Shown piece after piece: positions 10,785 through 20,775 of a stretch of DNA of 64,000 nt. The stretch is from a virus (lineage: Duplodnaviria; Heunggongvirae; Uroviricota; Caudoviricetes). The DNA is taken from IMG/VR virus record IMGVR_UViG_3300032167_005013, one strand, 5' to 3'. The notes below the pieces were generated by a model that saw nothing but the letters and a program-made list of their open reading frames with translations, had not been told where the DNA came from and searched no databases. How positions within the stretch are numbered: the stretch's first letter is position 1; each line of letters starts with the position of its first letter. A program made the position numbers and the translations under genes.

Positions 10785-11723
10785 ATGGCAAGCAAAAACA
10801 CAAATCTTCATTCAGCAAAGAAAGCGAAAAATGATGAATTCTATACTCAACTTACTGACATTGAGAAAGAAATGAGACATTATAAGGATTTCTTTAGAGG
10901 AAAGGTTGTGTATTGCAACTGCGATGATGCAAGGGAATCCAATTTCTTCAAGTATTTCTCCCTTAACTTTGAACATCTTGGACTGAAGAAACTCATTACC
11001 ACAGGTTATAAGGAAAGTGGAAAGGGTGTTGTCCTTATCTATGAGGGAGACAAGAATGGCAATAGAATCGTTGAAGATTCAGAGATTATCGTAAGAGAAC
11101 TTGAGGGCAACGGAGACTTCCGTTCAGCAGAGTGTATCGAGTTCCTTAAAGAATCTGATGTTGTTGTTACAAATCCGCCATTCAGTCTATTCCGTGAGTA
11201 TGTTGCTCAACTTATGGAGTATGGAAAGAAATTCATTATTATAGGTAATGGCAATGCTGTAACCTATAAAGAGATTTTCCCTTATATCAAGAACAACGAA
11301 CTTTGGTTGGGGGCAAGTAAAGGTATTGGTGGTAAGTTTACATTTATTGTTCCCGAAAGTTATGAGGGTAAATTTGTTTCTGTTGAAAATGGTGTTAGGA
11401 TTGGACAAGTGAATAATGCTTGTTGGTTTACTAACATTCCCCATACAAAAAGAAATACTCCACTTGATTTGTATCGTAGGTACTCAAAAGAGGACTATCC
11501 TAAGTACGATAATTATAATGCGATTGATAGTACGACATCTGAAATTCCTATGGACTATGACGGAGTTATTGGTGTTCCAATCACATTCCTTGACAAATAT
11601 TGCCCTACTCAGTTTGAAATAATTGGGCTTGATAGATATGTTGAGGATAATCCTCGTTATGGACATCGTTTCCATATAAATGGGAAAGAAACTTATGCAA
11701 GAATTTTAATTCGCAGAAGATAA
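10785..11723 (+). CDS. adenine-specific DNA methyltransferase, EcoRI family
   Basis: AKNDEFYT, VVYCNCDD, GDFRSAEC, VTNPPFSLFREY, WFTN, YDNYNAI, GVPITFLDKY. Confidence 0.9.
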   Translation: MASKNTNLHSAKKAKNDEFYTQLTDIEKEMRHYKDFFRGKVVYCNCDDARESNFFKYFSLNFEHLGLKKLITTGYKESGKGVVLIYEGDKNGNRIVEDSEIIVRELEGNGDFRSAECIEFLKESDVVVTNPPFSLFREYVAQLMEYGKKFIIIGNGNAVTYKEIFPYIKNNELWLGASKGIGGKFTFIVPESYEGKFVSVENGVRIGQVNNACWFTNIPHTKRNTPLDLYRRYSKEDYPKYDNYNAIDSTTSEIPMDYDGVIGVPITFLDKYCPTQFEIIGLDRYVEDNPRYGHRFHINGKETYARILIRRR

Positions 11724-11823
11724 TTTTTTCCTAATAAGAATTCTAAAATACGGACATTTTCCATTGATAGATAAATCCTTATCATCGTCTCCTTTACGAA
11801 ATTTGATTATTTCAAACTGAGTA
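11606..11823. mobile_element. Putative invertible segment bounded by 18-bp perfect inverted repeats, carrying an alternative MTase C-terminus
   Basis: tactcagtttgaaataat at 11606-11623 and its reverse complement at 11806-11823. The minus strand (11822->11706) reads TQFEIIKFRKGDDDKDLSINGKCPYFRILIRKKLSSAN*. Confidence 0.8.
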
Positions 11824-11908
11824 TATTAGACACTTAAGAATCTTTTAAGGTTTAATGGGTTTGGCATGGACTTTGCATCATGTTGTAATGTAACCAATCA
11901 ACATTGAT

Positions 11909-12211
11909 ATGAACAAACAAATCGAATACTATTCAGTTTGCAGTTGTGGGGCAATCACATTGTTTTTCACTGACGGCACATCAAATTCCTGCAAGAGAAA
12001 AAACCTTAAGAAGTTTGGAATAAGCCTTAAGGGTATAAAGAAACAAAAGGAGAATACTTGGTGTTGCAATCATTGCGTAAATCACTATGGCATAGATATA
12101 TGTTCATGTGGCAGTGGAGAGGAGTATGAGAAGTGTTGTGGTACTCCAATGGAAACACTTGGTGTTCAGTACGATGGTTTTAGTCAAATCCTTAAAAACT
12201 TTGCACGATGA
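11909..12211 (+). CDS. Cys-rich protein with a SEC-C-like motif
   Basis: CSCGSGEEYEKCC; box at 11860. Confidence 0.65.
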   Translation: MNKQIEYYSVCSCGAITLFFTDGTSNSCKRKNLKKFGISLKGIKKQKENTWCCNHCVNHYGIDICSCGSGEEYEKCCGTPMETLGVQYDGFSQILKNFAR

Positions 12212-12615
12212 TTAGTGATAAAATCGAAGTTATCAATACATTAAGAAACAGACTTGCAATCGCAGAAGATGGGTTGAAAGAAGAAATTTTTTCACTCATT
12301 GACAAGGTTGTTAAGATGCAGGTTATTGAGAGGGTTGGCAAGTTTATGTGCATTATGAAATTCAGCGAGATAAGTGGTAAGATATGGGCGGCTGAATACT
12401 ATATATGGGAGCATAATGCCGAAATGCTTAAAAAGAAATTAAAAGATAAGAGTGGCATTGAGTGCTATGACTACATAATGAATTTGCCAAAATCCAAAAC
12501 GAGGATGGGTAATTATGAAATCAAATACTATGTGTCGAATTGGCTTGGTAGGTACGAACTGAAATATCCTGTGAATAATGAATACATTGACAAACTTATT
12601 TCTGAACTGAAATAG
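12208..12615 (+). CDS. hypothetical protein
   Basis: ATGA-coupled to the upstream gene. Confidence 0.65.
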   Translation: MISDKIEVINTLRNRLAIAEDGLKEEIFSLIDKVVKMQVIERVGKFMCIMKFSEISGKIWAAEYYIWEHNAEMLKKKLKDKSGIECYDYIMNLPKSKTRMGNYEIKYYVSNWLGRYELKYPVNNEYIDKLISELK

Positions 12616-12668
12616 GTTTGGCACAGACTTTGCAGTAAGATAGAACTGAAACATAAAAGGAAATAACC

Positions 12669-13772
12669 ATGAAAATCGAACTAAAACAGATTCCTATTTC
12701 GGCAATCGCACTTGACTATAAGGACAACAACGATGATGGTGTTGTCGGCTATGGTGGAAACCTCAACATCCGTCCGCCTTATCAGAGAGAGTTTGTATAT
12801 AAGGACAAACAGAGGGATGCAGTCATTGACACGATTATGCGTGGATTCCCTCTCAATGTAATGTATTGGGCAAAGAACGAGGATGGGACATATGAAGTGC
12901 TTGACGGGCAACAGAGGACAATTTCATTCTGTCAGTATGTGAATGGAGATTTCTCAATTAACGAAAGGTATTTCGGTAATCTTACTGACTATGAGCAGGA
13001 GCAGATTATGAACTATAAGGTAATGGTTTATATCTGTGAGGGCAACGACAAGGAACGACTTGATTGGTTTAGGACAATCAATATCGCAGGGGAGAAACTG
13101 ACTGACCAAGAACTCCTTAACATCAATTACACGGGTGCTTGGTTATCACACGCAAAGCGACTTTTCTCTAAAACGGCTTGCAATGCTGAGAAGATTGGCA
13201 AGGACTATATCAAGGGAACTGCAATTAGGCAGGAAATTCTTGAACTTGCATTATCTTGGATTTCCGGTGGAAAGGATAATATCGCAGGATATATGGCTGA
13301 ACATCAGCACGATTCAAACGCCAACGAACTTTGGTTGCATTTCAGCAAGGTAATCGAATGGGTAAAATGCACATTCCCGATTTACCGAAAAGAAATGAAA
13401 GGTCTTGAATGGGGCAGGCTTTATGCTGAGTATGGCAATGAAAGTTATGACATTGAGGAAATGGAGAGGGAGATAAATCGGCTTATGGCAGATGAAGATG
13501 TTACCGCAAAGAAAGGTGTATATGAATATGTGCTATCAAGAGGAGAGAAAGAGAAATGTTTATCTGTAAGAGTATTTTCAGAAAAGGACAAGCGAACGGC
13601 TTATGAACAACAGAAAGGTGTTTGTCCAATTTGCGGAGAACATTTCGAGTTTGAAAATATGCAGGGCGACCACATTGTAGAATGGTCAGCAGGTGGAAGA
13701 ACGACATTAAGTAACTTGCAGATGGTTTGTCATGGTTGCCATAAGAAACTGACTAATAAGATTTATTCGTAG
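12669..13772 (+). CDS. DUF262 (ParB-like) + HNH endonuclease (GmrSD-like)
   Basis: IRPPYQREFVY, VLDGQQR, FRTIN..G..L, C-terminal CPIC..GDHIVEWSAGG..NLQMVCHGCH. Confidence 0.88.
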   Translation: MKIELKQIPISAIALDYKDNNDDGVVGYGGNLNIRPPYQREFVYKDKQRDAVIDTIMRGFPLNVMYWAKNEDGTYEVLDGQQRTISFCQYVNGDFSINERYFGNLTDYEQEQIMNYKVMVYICEGNDKERLDWFRTINIAGEKLTDQELLNINYTGAWLSHAKRLFSKTACNAEKIGKDYIKGTAIRQEILELALSWISGGKDNIAGYMAEHQHDSNANELWLHFSKVIEWVKCTFPIYRKEMKGLEWGRLYAEYGNESYDIEEMEREINRLMADEDVTAKKGVYEYVLSRGEKEKCLSVRVFSEKDKRTAYEQQKGVCPICGEHFEFENMQGDHIVEWSAGGRTTLSNLQMVCHGCHKKLTNKIYS

Positions 13773-13880
13773 TTTGTCATGGTTGTTTTGGTTGGTGGGA
13801 GAAAGTTGTGAAATTTTCCCCCACTTTTATTTAATAATGGCATGGAGTTTGCAATATGAAAGATATAAACTTATAGGAAT

Positions 13881-14213
13881 ATGGACTTATACAAGTATAT
13901 GTTTGGAAGAGAATGTAGATTAAGGAGATTGGTGTCCGAAATTCTCCACATTGACTTTGATTTTGATAATTTGCCTTTCTTCAATTCCAAGACTAATGAA
14001 GTATATGCTGAATATCAATGTGAAGTTATTGAACTCATTGAAAAAATCCCATGTGAAGATGATTTTATTGATGAAGTGCTTTTCTTTGGGGACGGAACGA
14101 TTGAATTTCATCTTATGAACGAGCAGGATGCGTATTGTTGGGAGGACTTTTCTGATGAAATTATCGACCTCGTTAATGATGTTTTGGCACGGACTTTGCA
14201 TAAGGTAAAGTGA
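13881..14213 (+). CDS. acidic hypothetical protein
   Basis: Box at 13837. Confidence 0.65.
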   Translation: MDLYKYMFGRECRLRRLVSEILHIDFDFDNLPFFNSKTNEVYAEYQCEVIELIEKIPCEDDFIDEVLFFGDGTIEFHLMNEQDAYCWEDFSDEIIDLVNDVLARTLHKVK

Positions 14214-14233
14214 ATCAATTAAACAACACAACT

Positions 14234-14557
14234 ATGGTACAGACACTTAACACATCAATCGTAGCAATCAACAAGTTTTTCTTCTATGCAATGAACTATC
14301 CTTGCATTAGGATTGAATATCATTCCATTGACGGAACAAACAAATATGATTATCTGCCCGACTTTTTCAAGGCATTTGATTTCCACATGATTGTGCATCT
14401 CCGCAGCAAGTGGCTTAATGCTTGCGAAAGGACTGACTCCTATGGGTTTGTAATGAAATTCTATGGGGAGTTGGACGGTAGTAATAGGCAGAAAATGCTG
14501 AAATATATCATGGAGAATTATAATGACGAGCAGAAAATCCCTCTTATTGAGGGATAA
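14234..14557 (+). CDS. hypothetical cassette gene
   Basis: Box at 14183. Confidence 0.7.
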   Translation: MVQTLNTSIVAINKFFFYAMNYPCIRIEYHSIDGTNKYDYLPDFFKAFDFHMIVHLRSKWLNACERTDSYGFVMKFYGELDGSNRQKMLKYIMENYNDEQKIPLIEG

Positions 14558-14620
14558 TTCTCTCGTTTTGGCATGGGATTTGCAATAAGAATAGATGTAA
14601 ACCAATTAAAACAAAGAAAT

Positions 14621-15100
14621 ATGAGAGAGTTTGAATATCACAATATCAATGAAATGGGTCATCCAAATATGTCTATGGATGGTAGACCGCATCCAAGATT
14701 TGGCCATGAGTTACTCCTTTTGGAAAGGACTAACAAAACCCTCATCGCTAATTTTCACAAGATTTGCCATTGGATTGAGGAGAATTGCCCAAACCTCAGT
14801 GGAGAATTTGGGTGTAGACATAATCCTTACTATAAAATTCATCTTATAATTGAAGATGGAAAAGCATACCTTTGTACAGGTAGCCATTCAGTAGGATATG
14901 AATTGTATCTTTCGTCCACTGAAACTGCGGTCTATTCACAAGGTAGTTGTCAAGGCAGGCCTTATGGATTTAAAAACACATTCTTTTATAGGAATGATAG
15001 GCTTGAAGAGTTTTTATCTCAGTGGAAGAGCATTAAAGAGAGAATAATTCTCGCCAATTCAAAACGAAAGGAAGTGTATGATAATAATTTTATTGCTTAG
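14621..15100 (+). CDS. hypothetical cassette gene
   Basis: Box at 14567. Confidence 0.7.
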   Translation: MREFEYHNINEMGHPNMSMDGRPHPRFGHELLLLERTNKTLIANFHKICHWIEENCPNLSGEFGCRHNPYYKIHLIIEDGKAYLCTGSHSVGYELYLSSTETAVYSQGSCQGRPYGFKNTFFYRNDRLEEFLSQWKSIKERIILANSKRKEVYDNNFIA

Positions 15101-15181
15101 TATCGGTACTCAAACGAGTACCTATTTGGCACGGACTTTGCAGTATATGTAAGATGTGAAACCAATTAAACCAAATAAGAT

Positions 15182-15511
15182 ATGACAAAGACACTTGAAA
15201 ACCACGAACTTGAAACGATGTTGGAGGATTTTATGAGAGAAAATCCGATGGGAGACAGCCGTGACCTTGCAAAGTATTTTTACGAAAGGGGTTATGCTGA
15301 TGCAACGAAAGGGGATGATGGTGAGGAAGATGCAAGAGAGGTCTATGTGAAATGGGATGTTTCCGATAGTGGGTTTGAAACATATGTTAATGAGGGTGTG
15401 CCGCATAGGGTATGGGTGCCAACGAGCGTAGCAGAAGAAGATATTTCTGATTGGTTGTCCGATGAATACGGATATTGTGTGGAAAGTTGGTATTTTGTGG
15501 ATGAAGTCTAA
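15182..15511 (+). CDS. acidic hypothetical protein
   Basis: Box at 15125; ISDWLSDEYGYCV. Confidence 0.7.
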   Translation: MTKTLENHELETMLEDFMRENPMGDSRDLAKYFYERGYADATKGDDGEEDAREVYVKWDVSDSGFETYVNEGVPHRVWVPTSVAEEDISDWLSDEYGYCVESWYFVDEV

Positions 15512-15569
15512 CCACTTTGGCACGGAAGTTGCAGTATAGGAGAATTGTAAACAATTAAAAGTATCAGAT

Positions 15570-15899
15570 ATGAGACAGGTAGAATATGATGTAACATCAG
15601 CAATCAGAGGTAAACGAAATGTGGGGTGCAATAACACAAGCGTTGTGTTCAATGAAAAAGCAACTAAAGGATATGTTGTCCTGCACGGAAACCTTATTGC
15701 AACCATTGACTACACAAAGAAACGGGTAAAACTTTTCGATGGCGGTTTTCAGTCCAATGTAACGAAGTCAAGACTTAATTGTGTCCTTAATGCACTCAAC
15801 ATTAGAGGGTCAATAGTCACAAGGCAAAGAGTTTTCCGTTATGAGGAAAGAGAGGGCGTTTTTCAGCCTTTTAAAAGTGGAATGGTACTCTCGTTCTAA
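15570..15899 (+). CDS. conserved-looking phage protein
   Basis: LHGNLIA..DGGFQSNVTKSRLN; box at 15516. Confidence 0.75.
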   Translation: MRQVEYDVTSAIRGKRNVGCNNTSVVFNEKATKGYVVLHGNLIATIDYTKKRVKLFDGGFQSNVTKSRLNCVLNALNIRGSIVTRQRVFRYEEREGVFQPFKSGMVLSF

Positions 15900-15943
15900 A
15901 TCAAGGAGAAAGTGTCTAAAATAGCCCGAAAACGGGCAAATAT

Positions 15944-16042
15944 CGGGCGGTATGCAAGGGGCGAAGCGGGAAAGTTGATGAGACTAAGCCGTAGTGACTG
16001 AAGGGCCTACCACGAGGGTTCGAATCCCTCCCGCCTTGACCA
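15944..16042 (+). ncRNA. tRNA-like element lacking a clear anticodon arm
   Basis: gggcgg/ccgcct acceptor-like stem, gaggg-TTCGAAT-ccctc T arm, 3' ACCA. Confidence 0.45.
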
Positions 16043-16190
16043 ATGTTGCTTGTTTGATGTTGTTTTCATGTTTTGGTGTGGGATGTTGTGAAATATCCCA
16101 CATTTTTTCAATGTAAGTACTCAAATGAGTACATTATGGCATGATTATTGTTAATACTATGCTGAGGTTTGTGGTTTAAACATATAATAT

Positions 16191-16364
16191 ATGGAAAAGG
16201 AACAATACGAAAAGATTTTATCTGAACTGAAAGAATATGTCGATAGCGATATGTCATATCTTTCTGAAAAGACTGAATATGCAAGAGGATTCAAGAATGG
16301 CGTTAAAACCGTTAGGGATATCATTGATGGCATTATTAATAACAACACAAAATCAAACGAATAA
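16191..16364 (+). CDS. small hypothetical protein (57 aa)
   Basis: MEKEQYEKIL.. after the box at 16136. Confidence 0.55.
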   Translation: MEKEQYEKILSELKEYVDSDMSYLSEKTEYARGFKNGVKTVRDIIDGIINNNTKSNE

Positions 16365-16598
16365 TAATTATGACTTGGACTGAGGGAACACTACAAATCA
16401 GTGATACGATTACCATTTATGGAGGATATTTGGGCATTATTTCTTTTAGTGTATTCATATTGTTAATGCTTGCTATTATTATATTCTTTAGTTTGGCAAT
16501 CGGAACATTATTATCAACCACATTAAAAGAAATGGAAGATTAGTTTGGCACGGACTTTGCAATAAGAGTAAGTATAAACCAATTAAACCAATACAGAT

Positions 16599-16916
16599 AT
16601 GAAAGCACTTGACATCATTGATGCTCTTACGAGAATGGGATGCACCGAGGGAACGGGACTTGTTGAAACTCCCGATAATCCGCATGAGTTTCCCGATTGG
16701 TTAATGACATGGTTTGGTGGGGATTGTGATGAAATTAAATATGATGAAACACTGAAACCATCTACCAAATATGTATATTCCTATGAAACGCATCTATGGT
16801 CTTTGAAAGGGACACACAAAGAGGATTGTAGGGTAGAAGTTAAGTGGGAGGTTGCAGAAGATAACAACAATTTTCATATCAGAGAAGAATCTATCTATCT
16901 TTATGAGGTAGAATAA
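16599..16916 (+). CDS. hypothetical cassette gene
   Basis: Box at 16544. Confidence 0.7.
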   Translation: MKALDIIDALTRMGCTEGTGLVETPDNPHEFPDWLMTWFGGDCDEIKYDETLKPSTKYVYSYETHLWSLKGTHKEDCRVEVKWEVAEDNNNFHIREESIYLYEVE

Positions 16917-17160
16917 AGTATGGGGGAGTGGTATTCCCCCATACTTTCCACGGGGCAGTCTCCCGACGGGGGTTAAATGAGTCAGATGCCCGCAAACCAC
17001 GCAGTAAAGGAGTGGTAGCGATATTGAAAAGTAGCCTTTTCCCCAATCCCTATGGGTCAAGAGGGTATCTTTCGGGTGGTATTGAAAAACCCGTTATTTT
17101 TATTTCTTTTGGCATGGTCTTTGCAATAGACTGAATTGTAAACTTATAAAATCAAACGAT

Positions 17161-17640
17161 ATGAGTGCAATTAAAGCATTAAAAAATTTCCTTAACGATG
17201 TGGGTGTTGTTTATAACGATGGCACTGCAAGAGCATATACATTTTCCAAACCAATAAGAGCCTATGACCAAGAAGTTATTTCCATCTTTTATGAGGAGGA
17301 CAATGTGCTTAAGATGGGTAGTGAGGAAAATGGATTCTTGTTTCAATCAGTAGTTTATGAGTGCGATGCGTTCTACATCTTGAAACACATTCACGACCAC
17401 GATAAGGGTAATGCTGACCGACTTGGATATGCCATGCCAACACAGAGTTATGAGGAGTTCAAAGTTAGTGATTTTATTGAGGGGCTTGAAAATCTTCGTG
17501 ATGAAATTGATGAAATTATAGCAAAGGCTAATAATGGAGTTATTCTTGACAATGATGCGTGGAGAAACCCTGCAATGGCATTGAACATGATTATGAACGA
17601 TGTTAAGCATTATAATCGTTCACTTGAAAGTTTGGCATAG
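17161..17640 (+). CDS. hypothetical cassette gene
   Basis: Box at 17108. Confidence 0.7.
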   Translation: MSAIKALKNFLNDVGVVYNDGTARAYTFSKPIRAYDQEVISIFYEEDNVLKMGSEENGFLFQSVVYECDAFYILKHIHDHDKGNADRLGYAMPTQSYEEFKVSDFIEGLENLRDEIDEIIAKANNGVILDNDAWRNPAMALNMIMNDVKHYNRSLESLA

Positions 17641-17680
17641 TCTTTGCAATAAGATAAGCATAACCAAAAACAATGGAGAT

Positions 17681-18157
17681 ATGATGAACATTGAAAATTA
17701 TTTAGCAGATGGGGCGAATTGGCAGGCAAGGGCAGTCCTCGCTTGTCTCCAAGCAAGGGTTTTTCAGTTCAATGATTTCTTTTGGTCATTGAATAGAAAA
17801 AGAAAAGAAAAGGATGAAACTCCAATATATTATAGAACTGCCATAGGCAGATATGAAAACTGCCGTGAGCAGGGATATGTGTTCACATTTCAAATTGGGG
17901 GTAATGCGAGACATTATGCAGTATATGAGCATAGAAATTCAGATTGTATTTGTGTGCTTATTGCCGATGGTCTTTATGGGGATACTCCAAATTTGGATTT
18001 CATGTGGAAACCAAAAGGAGAAAACGCATCCAAGTACGATTACGATAAAGATTTTTCTTGCGGGGAATTTTTGAAATGTGCTAATTTCATAATTGAAGAT
18101 GTGCTTGAATGGGCTGAAAAAGTAATAAACGAGACGGGGGACGGAATGATTTATTAA
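17681..18157 (+). CDS. conserved-looking phage protein
   Basis: RYENCREQGY, YEHRNSD; box at 17631. Confidence 0.75.
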   Translation: MMNIENYLADGANWQARAVLACLQARVFQFNDFFWSLNRKRKEKDETPIYYRTAIGRYENCREQGYVFTFQIGGNARHYAVYEHRNSDCICVLIADGLYGDTPNLDFMWKPKGENASKYDYDKDFSCGEFLKCANFIIEDVLEWAEKVINETGDGMIY

Positions 18158-18238
18158 AAATAGTTGTGTATCAAGACAACTTTGGTATAGTCTTTGCAAT
18201 AAAATAAGCATAACCGATTAAACCAATACAGACAAGAA

Positions 18239-18748
18239 ATGAAAAACAGAACTACAATAGCAGTTGGCTCATTTGAAGTCCATGATGGCATGATTGCGGT
18301 GGGAGACCCTTGTTATGCACACTTTCAGTCTTTTGAGCGATTCGGTGCTAAAAATGGAAAATATAATGCCTATGTGGTAATGTCCGATGAAGAAGAATGG
18401 GGAATGAGGGTTGCAAAACTCATTGCCATCCACGAAGATGACGATAATGGGGCTAACACTAAGGAGTGGGAACCTTGTGATTTCTATCTTGGTGTTGATA
18501 GTGGAACAATGGGCATATTTGACAATGAGTATCATTATGACCACCACTATAACGAAGTCCTTGATGATGATTGGTATGAGAGGGTAGTAATCGACATGGA
18601 GGGTAAGTTTGGAATCTATGACAACTCTTGCATTATTTCTGAAAGTGGATTTGGCGATGGCTCTTACGATGTGGATGTAATCTTTGACAATGATGATGGT
18701 GTAACAATCTGTGCCGTTGCAGTTATCTTTATCGAAGAAGATGAATAA
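18239..18748 (+). CDS. DUF4241-like protein
   Basis: VGDPCY, GVDSGTMGIFD, SGFGDGSYDV. Confidence 0.6.
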   Translation: MKNRTTIAVGSFEVHDGMIAVGDPCYAHFQSFERFGAKNGKYNAYVVMSDEEEWGMRVAKLIAIHEDDDNGANTKEWEPCDFYLGVDSGTMGIFDNEYHYDHHYNEVLDDDWYERVVIDMEGKFGIYDNSCIISESGFGDGSYDVDVIFDNDDGVTICAVAVIFIEEDE

Positions 18749-18810
18749 AGGTACTCAAAAGAGTACATTATGGCATACTATTTGCAGTAATATCAGTAAG
18801 AAACCAATAA

Positions 18811-19119
18811 ATGACATACAATACTATGGAAAAGAAAATGTTTGCACTTACTTATTGTTATGAGGGAGTGGATGATAATGTCCCTTATGCTTGTACCATC
18901 GCAGTATCAGAAGATATTGAAAAACTCCGTGCTGAAATGGAGAAATGTATTGAAGAAGATACAAGAGAGCCTAATGAGGAAGATGGAGAAGATGAATGGC
19001 AGGATGATATGAATTATCAAGTTTTTAGAAAATATGGCGATGATGTGGTGCTCCAACACAAAAAGAACATCAATCTTTACACACATTATAAAATTCATGA
19101 AGTTTCCGTCTTGGAATAA
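18811..19119 (+). CDS. hypothetical cassette gene
   Basis: Box at 18769. Confidence 0.65.
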   Translation: MTYNTMEKKMFALTYCYEGVDDNVPYACTIAVSEDIEKLRAEMEKCIEEDTREPNEEDGEDEWQDDMNYQVFRKYGDDVVLQHKKNINLYTHYKIHEVSVLE

Positions 19120-19178
19120 TAAGTTTGGCATGGTATTTGCAGTGTAGTTAAATTGTAAACCAATTAAAACAAGAAACT

Positions 19179-19439
19179 ATGTTGAGGATTAACGAGCCAC
19201 ACATGACAATCGGTGTTCAAGGTTGGGCAAAGGTTGATGGGAAGTGGAAGTGCATTGAGAAGTTTACTGAAAGGAAATTCGGTAACTATGGACTTACGGC
19301 TTTAAGGACAAAACTCATATTGAGAAATTCAAAGGTTGAGTTTACCAAGATATATTTGAAAACTCCAATCAGTGTCCCATTTTTGCAGTGGTATGACAAG
19401 AACGGAAAAGAAACAAAACATCCGCTTATGGATGATTAA
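19179..19439 (+). CDS. hypothetical cassette gene
   Basis: Box at 19124. Confidence 0.65.
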   Translation: MLRINEPHMTIGVQGWAKVDGKWKCIEKFTERKFGNYGLTALRTKLILRNSKVEFTKIYLKTPISVPFLQWYDKNGKETKHPLMDD

Positions 19440-19922
19440 AAGTAATATTGTGATGTGGTAGGGAATTGCACCCTATACTCCAACTAATGCACGATATTAT
19501 TTATTATTGATAGTGAGTAGGAGTCCTATTTACCCCCTTTGGATATGTTGGATAAAGCCAATGCGGGCAATAGGCAAACAGCAAACCGAATTTGTTGATA
19601 AGAGACAGACTTTTGTTTATAGGGTTGTTGCCGAATTTAATTGACAAATCAAAAGGATGGGATATTTGATGGTCTGCCATGACAATTCATCATAGCACCA
19701 ATCTCCAAGTGGTTAGTCCACTACGGCTATGTACTTATAATCGTTTCGGGATTTTACGAGGTACACCGCTTGGCAGTCCATCACTTATTTTAGAAAGTTA
19801 TTCATCATTCTGTGTTTAATTGGTTGGGAGTGTAAGTTTTCTACGGATTTGCACTCCTTTTTTATTACTTTGGCATAGTAATTGCAATAACATAGAATAG
19901 AAATCAATTTAAAAACACAGAT

Positions 19923-20429
19923 ATGGCAAAAAAGAAAAGAACTGCATTCCAAGAGGAAACCATTAAGATGTTTCTCGAAAGTGCATCTTGGAATGATTAC
20001 CCAAAGGAGTATTATAAGAATGTGACCATTGAAAGATTTTGGACTGACTATATACCCGATGGAAGTACCACAATCTACACAACTCCCGACCATATTGACC
20101 ACGATGAATGTGGTAATTTTTATAAGTGGGGAACTACCGAAGAACTATGCGATGATTTCAACGCAGTTCGTGATATGCTTTGGCAGAGTGGTATTCTTGA
20201 AGAAGTCTATGATGAACATCAAGAACTTGATTATGACCAAACACCCACGCCGGAGGATTTCGTTTATGAATGTTGTCAGCATTGCGAACATGAAAACGAG
20301 TTCATAATGGAAATGAGGTATCAGCGATGCAAGAAGTGTGGCAGACTTATCAAGCCTTGTGCGGTTTGTGACCATGATAAGGTAAATTGTGAAAATTGCC
20401 CGCTTGGAAAAGACCTTAAAAACCAATAA
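19923..20429 (+). CDS. protein with a Cys-rich C-terminus
   Basis: CQHC, CKKCG, PCAVC, CENCP; box at 19869. Confidence 0.7.
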   Translation: MAKKKRTAFQEETIKMFLESASWNDYPKEYYKNVTIERFWTDYIPDGSTTIYTTPDHIDHDECGNFYKWGTTEELCDDFNAVRDMLWQSGILEEVYDEHQELDYDQTPTPEDFVYECCQHCEHENEFIMEMRYQRCKKCGRLIKPCAVCDHDKVNCENCPLGKDLKNQ

Positions 20430-20433
20430 AACT

Positions 20434-20772
20434 ATGAGTAAGAAAATTTACACACACTTGGGTTATTACTCCGACCTTAATGACATTCTTCGCCTTTGCG
20501 ATAAACTATCCGATTATATTGTTGAGGATATGCTGAAAGGTAATGGATGTTTCCATGAAACAGATGATTGCGAACTTGATGAGAATTCTCTCGCTTGTTA
20601 TTTCCCAACTTTTGTAAAAGTGAATGGTAAGGAGTATGCAGTCATAAAAGATATTGATTGGATACCCGAGGAACTTTTCAAACTTGATGCAGATAGTGAT
20701 GCCGATAACGATTGGTATGACCAAAACCCTGCATATATAGATGTCTATGAACTTAAAGAAATGGAGGACTAA
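20434..20772 (+). CDS. acidic protein, paralog A
   Basis: KIYTHLGYYSDL...DADSDADNDWYDQNPAYIDVY. Confidence 0.75.
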   Translation: MSKKIYTHLGYYSDLNDILRLCDKLSDYIVEDMLKGNGCFHETDDCELDENSLACYFPTFVKVNGKEYAVIKDIDWIPEELFKLDADSDADNDWYDQNPAYIDVYELKEMED

Positions 20773-20775
20773 ACT

